Of a stretch of DNA of 64,000 bases, positions 9,304-17,386 are shown piece after piece (position 1 is the stretch's first letter; every line of letters begins with the position of its first letter). Where the stretch lies: assembly GCA_018897155.1 (NCBI GenBank), contig JAHILE010000040.1:20157-84156 (forward strand), written 5' to 3'. The notes beneath the pieces are model-generated. The model did no database searches. It was given only the letters and a program-made list of their open reading frames with translations, and was not told the DNA's origin. The position numbers were made by a program, and so were the translations under genes. This DNA comes from Nanobdellota archaeon (GTDB lineage Archaea > EX4484-52 > LFW-46).

Positions 9304-10194
9304 TTATTTTGTCGTCACAATCGGCTCGTCCGCTACAATTACTGTATGCTCTGCCTGAGATATGCAGCCACCAACAACTTCTTTTAACGGAGGATATGTG
9401 TGAAGCCCCCCTAAAGAAACAAGCTCACGAAGTCCGTTTTCTCGCAGCATTCCTTTGACACAAATTATGCTTCTCGATGAAAATGGCAAACCATTCAGCT
9501 TTTTTGCAAACAATTGTATGTTCCTTGCACTATCAGAACGGGGAGAAACATCCCGGATAAAACTAAAAATCATTGCGCGCGAAGTGTCCTTAACCTCGCC
9601 GGAGCCATCTGTTGCAAAGGGTTCTATTGCGATTACATCACCTTCATTCAGAATGGCTTTTGAAGTATTCATGACATTGGGGATGCTGGGCGCTCCATGA
9701 ATTATGTATTTTCCAAGATAATGCCCTGTAAGGTTTGCTATCGGAAAGAACCCTGATTTTCGTATTGTGGCCTCAATAATTCCTGAAAGTTCAAATATTT
9801 TTGCGCCAGGGCGCACGACAGAAATAGCAGCCTGGAGCGCAGATTTTGATGCATCAACAAGATCAAGTTTCTTTTTATCGCTGCCAAGGTAAATTGTTAC
9901 AGCAGTGTCTGCGATATATCCCTCAACATGCACTCCGAGGTCTATCTTCACCATGTCGCCTTCTTGAAAAACTTTTGAATCATTGTCTATTGGAGTGTAA
10001 TGCGCTGCGATTTCATTCAATGAGATATTTGCAGGAAACGCCAGTTCCCCGCCAAGTGCCGTTATTTCCGATTCTATTTTTTCTGCAGCATCAAGCAATT
10101 TTGCGCCGGAAACAATCCATTTTTTTGATTTTTCACGGACTTGGGAGGCTATTTTTCCGGCGCGCATATAACAATCAAGAGTCTGTGTATCCAT
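9304..10194 (-). CDS. map: methionine aminopeptidase, type 2 (archaeal/eukaryotic)
   Basis: Pita-bread fold motifs; 'GHYLGKYIIHGAPSIPNV' and 'GDVIAIEPFATDG' are MAP2-like. Confidence 0.8.
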   Translation of the reverse strand: MDTQTLDCYMRAGKIASQVREKSKKWIVSGAKLLDAAEKIESEITALGGELAFPANISLNEIAAHYTPIDNDSKVFQEGDMVKIDLGVHVEGYIADTAVTIYLGSDKKKLDLVDASKSALQAAISVVRPGAKIFELSGIIEATIRKSGFFPIANLTGHYLGKYIIHGAPSIPNVMNTSKAILNEGDVIAIEPFATDGSGEVKDTSRAMIFSFIRDVSPRSDSARNIQLFAKKLNGLPFSSRSIICVKGMLRENGLRELVSLGGLHTYPPLKEVVGGCISQAEHTVIVADEPIVTTK

Positions 10195-10238
10195 ACAATC
10201 ACTAAAGGTATATAATATTATATGACACTATAACTTTT

Positions 10239-11852
10239 ATGAGCTTTAAATTTCTGTTATTCATACTCATTCTTCTTTCTCCGATTACAAATGCCGAAAT
10301 AACCATAAACGAAATAATGTACGCGCCAAACAGCAACTGGGGTGGAGAAAATAATGAGTGGATAGAATTGTTTAATAACGGCATAGAAGATGCAAGCATC
10401 GCAAACTGGACAATCGATGAAAAAACAATACCTTACGCCATCGTTCCGGCGCAAGGATATTTAATCCTTGCAAAAAACACAACAAAATTCATAGAAGTAT
10501 ACGGCCGATCGTCTGTCCGCGTACCGTTTACGCTTTCAAACAGTGGAAAGGCGCTGTACTTAAAAACAGCTGGCGGCTCAACAATAGATTCCTTCGAGTA
10601 TACAGAATACGCCACTAGCGAGATGGCCAAAAACAACAACCGCACACTTGAACGAAATACAACAATCTGGCTTGAAAGCGCTGGGGTTGGTGGAACTCCG
10701 GGAGAGCAAAACAGCATATCATTCAACGCGCCTCCGGTTCAAACTCCAATGAATGAAACGAAAAACACAACAAATACAACACCATCCACAAATACTCAAG
10801 AAAATGACAGTGATATCCCGAACACGCAACAAAATCAGGAATCAGAAAATCCAATGAGCCTCGAAATACTTGTCGCGCCGGATACAATGAACTTCGGCGG
10901 ATATTCCACGATTCGTGCAAAATTCAATTCAGGAAACCGAGACTTCGAAACAGTGCGCTTTGTAGCATACATCTATAAGCCGTCGTGGATTTTGCGCGAC
11001 CTGAATGGCAACGGAACAACGCTGCGAAATTCGCCATATAATTCAAATGCTGCTGCAGAAGTTCGAGAAATTTCCGCAGACGAAACATATTATCTCGTAC
11101 TCCCGATTTTTCTAAAATGCAACACAGAAGGATATGCTGATGCCACCTATACAGCCCGGCTGCGCGCTTATACTTATGAAAACGACGAATGGAAGGCGCT
11201 AACAGAAAGCGACATAAATATTTTTGTCAGTGGAGAAAGCGAATCTTGCAAAAAAGAAATTGGAAAAGAAACCTCGTGCATAAATAAAACAATTGAAAAA
11301 AACTGCACTGAAAAAACAAAAATATTGCGCGAATATGCGCTTGAAATCAACATCACTCACCCGGAAATTATTTTTGCCGGCGAAAATTTCACTACAACGG
11401 TTTTTCTAAAAAACAATGGCGAAAAATTGCGCGACATTGAAATATACTCATACATGTACGAGCATAGCACAATAATATCAAGCGGATTTGATGGCACAAA
11501 ATGGGGCAATACAAGAACTGCGAACTCGAGAAAAGTAACGCTTTCAGCAAACGATTCCATAACAATTGAACTTTTGAATCGGGCAAAAGAAAATGCAAGC
11601 ACGGAAAAGTACACCTATAAGGTAGTTTTTGCTGATTTGGCGGACGATAAAAAATCAGAGGAACGAATATCTCTGATTGAGCTTGATGCGCGCAATGCAT
11701 CTGAAACTAACGGCTTAAAAAACGAAACGCTTTCAAACATGACCGAAATAGAAAATAAAATTACCGGGAATATGCTTGCGAAAAACGCAGTACCGAAAAA
11801 GCTTTCGCTTTTTGACAGAATAATATATAAAATAAAAAGCTGGCTAATTTAA
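10239..11852 (+). CDS. secreted lamin-tail-domain (LTD) protein with many N-glycosylation sequons
   Basis: An N-terminal signal peptide is present. The LTD signature reads 'INEIMYAPNS...NEWIELFNNG...ANWTIDEK'. There are more than 15 N-x-S/T sequons. Confidence 0.55.
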   Translation: MSFKFLLFILILLSPITNAEITINEIMYAPNSNWGGENNEWIELFNNGIEDASIANWTIDEKTIPYAIVPAQGYLILAKNTTKFIEVYGRSSVRVPFTLSNSGKALYLKTAGGSTIDSFEYTEYATSEMAKNNNRTLERNTTIWLESAGVGGTPGEQNSISFNAPPVQTPMNETKNTTNTTPSTNTQENDSDIPNTQQNQESENPMSLEILVAPDTMNFGGYSTIRAKFNSGNRDFETVRFVAYIYKPSWILRDLNGNGTTLRNSPYNSNAAAEVREISADETYYLVLPIFLKCNTEGYADATYTARLRAYTYENDEWKALTESDINIFVSGESESCKKEIGKETSCINKTIEKNCTEKTKILREYALEINITHPEIIFAGENFTTTVFLKNNGEKLRDIEIYSYMYEHSTIISSGFDGTKWGNTRTANSRKVTLSANDSITIELLNRAKENASTEKYTYKVVFADLADDKKSEERISLIELDARNASETNGLKNETLSNMTEIENKITGNMLAKNAVPKKLSLFDRIIYKIKSWLI

Positions 11853-11876
11853 CAAATTATTAAAGTATCTCTAAAG

Positions 11877-12134
11877 ATGATTATGGCAACTCTGCAAAAT
11901 TTGGAAAAAGAAATAGAAAAACTAAAGGAACGAAACATCCGTGTTGAAGCCGACAAAGCATGGGAAACAAGCTATTCGCGGCGAATGCTTCTTATGGTGT
12001 ATACGTATCTTGCAGTTGGTTTTTATCTAAGCGCGACGTATCTTGCAGTTGGTTTTTATCTAAGCGCGATAAAAATCGCTAGTCCCTGGATGAATGCGAT
12101 AGTCCCTACAGTCGGATTATGCTTTCAACGCTGA
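11877..12134 (+). CDS. small hypothetical protein carrying an internal tandem duplication
   Basis: An 85-aa ORF; 'TYLAVGFYLSA' occurs twice because of a 33-bp DNA tandem repeat. Confidence 0.3.
   Translation: MIMATLQNLEKEIEKLKERNIRVEADKAWETSYSRRMLLMVYTYLAVGFYLSATYLAVGFYLSAIKIASPWMNAIVPTVGLCFQR
12003..12068. repeat. perfect 33-bp tandem duplication (2 copies)
   Basis: The unit 'acgtatcttgcagttggtttttatctaagcgcg' occurs twice back-to-back. Confidence 0.8.
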
Positions 12135-12347
12135 CGATGCCGTTTTTCAAGAAATTGTGGTTAAAACACAAATACGAGAGATAATAGCCCTTTTTAAAGA
12201 TGGAAAAACAATAAGAATTATCGAGCGAGTTCAAAAACATTTGATAAATATATACATAAAAAATATATACGTATTCTAGTGTCTTTTGGATTCCCGTATC
12301 CTCGCGCGTTCGTGCCCGGATATATGAAAACAAAAAAGGCGTAATTA

Positions 12348-13595
12348 ATGAAATTCGAAGAATTGAACCTTAAACCCCTTATTCTGAAAAAGATTAAAGA
12401 AGAAGGGTTTTTGGAACCGACAGAAATACAAGAAAAATGCATTCCCGAAATAAAAAAAGGACGGGATGTTGTAGGCCAGGCAATGACTGGATCGGGCAAA
12501 ACAGTAGCGTTCTGCATACCGATTATAGAGGCCGTATCTCCCGGAAGAGGAGTTCAGGCGCTTATTCTTACACCTACAAGAGAATTGTGCGTGCAGGTAT
12601 CCGACACATTCCATAAATTCGGCCGCGAGATGAACGTACACACAACCGCAATATATGGCGGCGTCGGGATGGAGCCGCAATATCATGCGCTGAAGCGCGC
12701 TGATGTTGTCATAGCAACTCCTGGAAGGCTGATGGACCATATGCGCAGAAATTCGATAAAATTAGCCGGTCTGAGATATCTTGTGCTTGATGAAATGGAC
12801 AAAATGCTCGATATGGGTTTTGTCGATGATGTTGACACCATTGTCAGAAATATTCCGAAAAATAGGCAGACTATGCTTTTCAGCGCGACAATGCCGCAAA
12901 GCATAAATTCGCTGATTCACAAATATCTGAATTCACCGCAAATTCTGCGGGCGCAGACAAAGGTTGACAAAAGCCTCCTGAAGCAGATATATTATGTTGT
13001 CGAGCAACATGAAAAATTCTCGCTTCTTGTGCATTTATTGAAGCACAAAACAAGCGGTTTTGCAATGGTCTTCTGCGGAACAAGGCATCAGGTTGATGCG
13101 ATTACCCGGAATCTGCAGAAAAACAGCATAAATTCAATGGCAATACATGGCGGCCTGACTCAAAACAGGCGAATGCATGCGCTTGAATCTCTGAAAAAAG
13201 CCAGCATTGATGTTCTTGTCGCAACAGATGTTGCTGCACGAGGGCTTGACATACAGAACGTAACGCACGTTTACAATTTCGACGCCCCGAAAACTCCTGA
13301 TGAATACACGCACCGCGTCGGAAGAACTGCAAGAGCTGGAAAAGCAGGCGATGCAATAACGCTTTTATCTCATCGGGATTTTGAAAATTTCGACCGAGTC
13401 CTGCGCGATAAAACCCTTGAAGTCAGAAAAGAAGAGCTGCCGAAATTCGAGCGCATCCATTTCAAAGCGCGCGAAGATACTTTTGTAAGAAGCGGTGGAC
13501 GAGATTTTCGTGGCGGAGGGCGTGAAAGCCAAGGCCCGAGAAAAAGCTTTGGCGCGCCCAAATTCCAGAAAAGAGTAAGATGGAAAGACGGATAA
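12348..13595 (+). CDS. DEAD-box ATP-dependent RNA helicase
   Basis: Q-motif, Walker A 'AMTGSGKT', 'DEMD' (DEAD variant), 'SAT' and motif VI 'HRVGRTARAG'. The C-terminal tail is RGG-like. Confidence 0.85.
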   Translation: MKFEELNLKPLILKKIKEEGFLEPTEIQEKCIPEIKKGRDVVGQAMTGSGKTVAFCIPIIEAVSPGRGVQALILTPTRELCVQVSDTFHKFGREMNVHTTAIYGGVGMEPQYHALKRADVVIATPGRLMDHMRRNSIKLAGLRYLVLDEMDKMLDMGFVDDVDTIVRNIPKNRQTMLFSATMPQSINSLIHKYLNSPQILRAQTKVDKSLLKQIYYVVEQHEKFSLLVHLLKHKTSGFAMVFCGTRHQVDAITRNLQKNSINSMAIHGGLTQNRRMHALESLKKASIDVLVATDVAARGLDIQNVTHVYNFDAPKTPDEYTHRVGRTARAGKAGDAITLLSHRDFENFDRVLRDKTLEVRKEELPKFERIHFKAREDTFVRSGGRDFRGGGRESQGPRKSFGAPKFQKRVRWKDG

Positions 13596-14507
13596 TCACC
13601 ATCTATGATTCGGATTTCTTGGTATTATCAGCCATGCGATTAAATACAATAATACGCCCGATCCGCCTGCAAACGTCAAAATAACCCATATCAGACGGAT
13701 AGGAACCGGATCCACGCCCAAATATTCTGCAAGCCCGCCGCAAACGCCGCCGATAATCCTGTCGTTGCCGGAGCGATAAAGCCTTTTTACCCCATTGCTT
13801 GGAATATGATGCAATTCCGTTTCTGCACTTCTGCGATGGGGTTTTGTAATGTACTCCTGAATAATGAGCTGCATCAAAAGAAGAAAATACCCTAAAAGCA
13901 AAAAGAACCAAAAGATTCCTACCAGATTCACTTTCACATATTGCGCGAGCACATAAATCACAGGGCTTACGATCATCCCGCCATCAACGAGCATTATGCT
14001 TGAAGCAATCCAGAAAAACACAGCTATTCCGAATGCAGCAGAAAGCGGAGAGACAAGCAGATGCCCGGTTCTACAGCATCTTGAAAAATATGTAAGAAGT
14101 GATGAAAAAATCAAAATAAGAATGAATATACCGATGTTCAAAAGAAAAAAATCATGCATCGCATAAAGTATTGCACTCCCTGTTCGTTGCGCAAGAAATT
14201 CAAGTGCCCAGATGCAGACTGCCAATCCCACGATGCCAATGATTATTGAAAAAATGAGCTCGATAGCGCCAAAGGGGTGATAATCCCTGCCGCAGCATTC
14301 ATTACTATGTTTCTCTATTCTTTCCCCGAATGCTTTGCCATGTTTTTCGAATCGTTTCCCAAACTCTTCGCCGCGTTCACCTAATTTTTTTCCAAGAGCT
14401 TCAGCCTCTTCGCCGAAATGCTTTACCTGCTTCTCGAATTTCTTTTTGCGGGATTCGCGCGACATGGCTGCTTTTTGTTTTGCCTTGCGCGGCTTCTTTT
14501 TTGGCAT
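13596..14507 (-). CDS. PspC-domain membrane protein
   Basis: The C-terminal 'LYRSGNDRIIGGVCGGLAEYLGVDPVPIRLIWVILTFAGGSGVLLYLIAWLIIP' is a PspC domain. The N-terminus is Lys-rich with FG(E/K) repeats. Confidence 0.6.
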   Translation of the reverse strand: MPKKKPRKAKQKAAMSRESRKKKFEKQVKHFGEEAEALGKKLGERGEEFGKRFEKHGKAFGERIEKHSNECCGRDYHPFGAIELIFSIIIGIVGLAVCIWALEFLAQRTGSAILYAMHDFFLLNIGIFILILIFSSLLTYFSRCCRTGHLLVSPLSAAFGIAVFFWIASSIMLVDGGMIVSPVIYVLAQYVKVNLVGIFWFFLLLGYFLLLMQLIIQEYITKPHRRSAETELHHIPSNGVKRLYRSGNDRIIGGVCGGLAEYLGVDPVPIRLIWVILTFAGGSGVLLYLIAWLIIPRNPNHRW

Positions 14508-14631
14508 ATGGTTTATTTTGCGCGCGGGAACTTATATAGAAAAATCATATAAAATGTTCGGCAGGAGACGACACTATTAAAACATTTGCAATTCTGACGA
14601 ATTAATGAATTAATAAATATCTCATCCATAG

Positions 14632-15513
14632 ATGATTATGGGGATTTTAGAAAAAATCAAAGAGATCTGGAAAAATATAGGCACATCTAAAAAATCTGTA
14701 AGGATATTGGATTTGATAACAATAGTGAGTTTTATTTTGATTTTCTACGGATTTAATGAAAGCAAAAAATCAGAGGAAAACATAATCAATAATGTTAATT
14801 CATCAACATCAACAATTACTTTAGGGCAGAAAGAGATTAAAGAACTAATGCTTACCGATAAGATATCCGACTGGAATGTAAATAGTTGTCCCGACATCGT
14901 CGATAATCTTAAAACAAAATTTCCGGAATTAACTTGTTTATCTCCGATAAAGACGGAATATTGCGCATCCCAGCCCACCATTGAAAATAGTACCCTTCTT
15001 ATCGATGGTTGTGATATAGCATATAAAAAAATAGATCTTCCGGATTCGGGATATGCGATTAGGATTCGCTTCAAATCATCATGGAACGCAAATATCGACT
15101 CAATACATTATCTATTTGATAATATTGGCGGGGATAATCCTGAGAGGAACAGAATCTCACTATATGTTCAAAATGGTTATTTGAAGTATTCTATTCTTAA
15201 TGAATACGGAACTGAAGAACATATGATGAAACTGAAGTTAGAAAATAACTCTGCATGGAACGAAAAGGAGTTTAATACCATTGAAATTGGATGGGTTAAA
15301 GATCAAAACCGAATGTTTTTAGAAGTAAATGGAAATGAATACAATAAGGTAGTTGGAAATATTAGCCTAAATACATCAAATTCTATTATGTTCCTAGGTT
15401 CTGCTATTTTTGGAAACTATCAAGCAGATGGGTATTTCGATTACTGGTTTGTGAGAAAGTACATTTATCCAGAACCGACAGTTTCAATAGGTGCAGAGCA
15501 AAGAATATCGTAA
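14632..15513 (+). CDS. membrane-anchored extracellular protein, possible LamG/concanavalin-like C-terminal domain (tentative)
   Basis: An N-terminal TM is followed by a beta-rich region ending 'GYFDYWFVRKYIYPEPTVSIGAEQ'. Confidence 0.3.
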   Translation: MIMGILEKIKEIWKNIGTSKKSVRILDLITIVSFILIFYGFNESKKSEENIINNVNSSTSTITLGQKEIKELMLTDKISDWNVNSCPDIVDNLKTKFPELTCLSPIKTEYCASQPTIENSTLLIDGCDIAYKKIDLPDSGYAIRIRFKSSWNANIDSIHYLFDNIGGDNPERNRISLYVQNGYLKYSILNEYGTEEHMMKLKLENNSAWNEKEFNTIEIGWVKDQNRMFLEVNGNEYNKVVGNISLNTSNSIMFLGSAIFGNYQADGYFDYWFVRKYIYPEPTVSIGAEQRIS

Positions 15514-15660
15514 ATCTACAGAATTATTATTGCCCGCGAACATCAATGTAATAATAACGTCGTTATTGTTTTGACAGCTTGTATCTAACTGTCATACACA
15601 CACCAACTTATTTCGCCCCCCCCCCAACTTCCCATCCCCTCCTGCTTTGCGCGCCCACCT

Positions 15661-16251
15661 TCAAACCAGCCGTATGCCGTCGCGCTTTACCTGCTCCACT
15701 ACGCCGCCTGTGGTTTTTTCAAATTCAATTTCTGTGAAAAAATGCGGCTGTATCTCGCGCCCGAATCTAATCTCTGCGCGCTCGCCTATTTTTTCAAGCA
15801 GTATTCTTTCTTTTGCCGAAAGCTCCTTTTCAGTAATTATCGCCATATCCACATCAGAATCCGCCCTGTACGAGCTTTTTACAATCGAGCCGAACACATA
15901 TATTGCGGATATCTCGACGGAATCCGTTGCCTGCCGCACATACTCCCTAAGAATCATTGCGATTTTCGGGCTCATGTTGTTCAGGTCTTTTCGCTCGCTC
16001 TGGATTATTTCAGCGGCCATGCGCGCGTATTTATTTGCCATATTCATGCGGTAATATGTTTTATTTCCTGATTTTTCATAATCAACTATGCTGTTATGAA
16101 GAAGGATTTCCATCGACCGGAAAATGGCGTTTCCGCCAAGCTTTGTTATTTCTTTTATCTCTTCTTTTGTAACGCCCTGTCCCGGAGCTTGCGCAAGAAC
16201 AACTAGCGCGCGCCACACCGCCTTTGACCCGAAAACAATATCAACCAGCAT
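15661..16251 (-). CDS. minimal nucleotidyltransferase (MNT) with N-terminal wHTH; antitoxin-like
   Basis: 'IYVFGSIVKSSYRADSDVDMAII' matches the GS...DxD polymerase-beta-type NTase motif. Confidence 0.65.
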   Translation of the reverse strand: MLVDIVFGSKAVWRALVVLAQAPGQGVTKEEIKEITKLGGNAIFRSMEILLHNSIVDYEKSGNKTYYRMNMANKYARMAAEIIQSERKDLNNMSPKIAMILREYVRQATDSVEISAIYVFGSIVKSSYRADSDVDMAIITEKELSAKERILLEKIGERAEIRFGREIQPHFFTEIEFEKTTGGVVEQVKRDGIRLV

Positions 16252-16726
16252 TGAGCAGCCCCTCCATGATTTTTATGAACGGCTCTGCGATATTTGCAAT
16301 GAACCAAAGCGCTTTCTTTGAATAATCGATATTTTTAGACGATGTCTGCTCGGAATAATATTGCGCTTTCCCGCGCTCCTTTTTTCCAGTTATGAGCAGA
16401 TACGGCACCGAATCGGGTTCAACGCCGGCTATTTCATCCTCTGCTTTTTCAAGAAGTTTTATGACTTTTTCTTTCTCCTCTTTTTGCTCAAAAACATTTT
16501 TCAGTTCATCAATAGTTTGCCTGTGGGTTTCGGATCCGGAAATCTTGAGGTTATGAATATTTCCAAGATAAAGCTTTGCAATATCATGCATCGCATAGTA
16601 ACTGCAAATTATCGCCCAGCGCGGATGTTCTTTAATAATTTTTTCTGCCAGCCGAAAATCATCCTTATACGCAAATTCATGAAACTCAAGCCATATCTTT
16701 CGCTCAACTTCTGTAAGATTTGTCAT
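16241..16726 (-). CDS. HEPN-domain protein (toxin-like partner of MNT)
   Basis: An alpha-helical protein with an R-x4-6-H-like 'ETHRQT' motif. It overlaps the MNT gene by 11 nt, the classic HEPN/MNT arrangement. Confidence 0.5.
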   Translation of the reverse strand: MTNLTEVERKIWLEFHEFAYKDDFRLAEKIIKEHPRWAIICSYYAMHDIAKLYLGNIHNLKISGSETHRQTIDELKNVFEQKEEKEKVIKLLEKAEDEIAGVEPDSVPYLLITGKKERGKAQYYSEQTSSKNIDYSKKALWFIANIAEPFIKIMEGLLNAG

Positions 16727-16939
16727 TTTTAATCATTCCTCCATTACAATGGATTAAAATCATCTCGCTTTGCTCGAAGCTTTTAAACCTTCGTTCAAAA
16801 AGCTTGAAATTGGCCTTTATGCCATGCAATTTCATGAGTATATCACTTTTATGATATTATATTCGCTTATTTATATAGTTTATCACTTTTATGATGAATT
16901 TGCATCACTTTTTGTGCAGACGTGCGTTCCAATAATCGC

Positions 16940-17386
16940 TTATATTTCTTTTCGCAGTATAATAATTTCGCCGATATTTTTATCGCGCTTTTTTTCAATC
17001 TCCTTATAGCCGAGCTTTTTGTAAAACTTGTCTGCGGTTATACTTGACGGCAGCTCGACAAAGGAATATCCTCTGTTCTTAACTATTTTTTCGGCATGTG
17101 CCATCAGTCTTGTGCCGATTCCAATTCCATGAAAGGTTGGATTGACAAAAAGATTAAAGACGTGGTTATTTTCTATGCCGACAATCCCGAAAATTTTCGC
17201 GTTTTCCGCTGCTACAAAGATTGCTCTTTTTTTAGAAGCATCAATTAATCTTTTTGGAGAATACTCATCACACAGATATTGAATTGCTGATGGGGGATAA
17301 TCTTTGCTGTTGACTTCAACCAACGCTTTTCTGATAAGATTTGAAACTTTTCGCGCGTCTTCTTTTTTGAATTTCCTAATCATCAC
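16940..17386 (-). CDS. GNAT family N-acetyltransferase
   Basis: Acetyl-CoA binding motif 'VNPTFHGIGIGTRLMAHAE'. Confidence 0.7.
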   Translation of the reverse strand: MMIRKFKKEDARKVSNLIRKALVEVNSKDYPPSAIQYLCDEYSPKRLIDASKKRAIFVAAENAKIFGIVGIENNHVFNLFVNPTFHGIGIGTRLMAHAEKIVKNRGYSFVELPSSITADKFYKKLGYKEIEKKRDKNIGEIIILRKEI

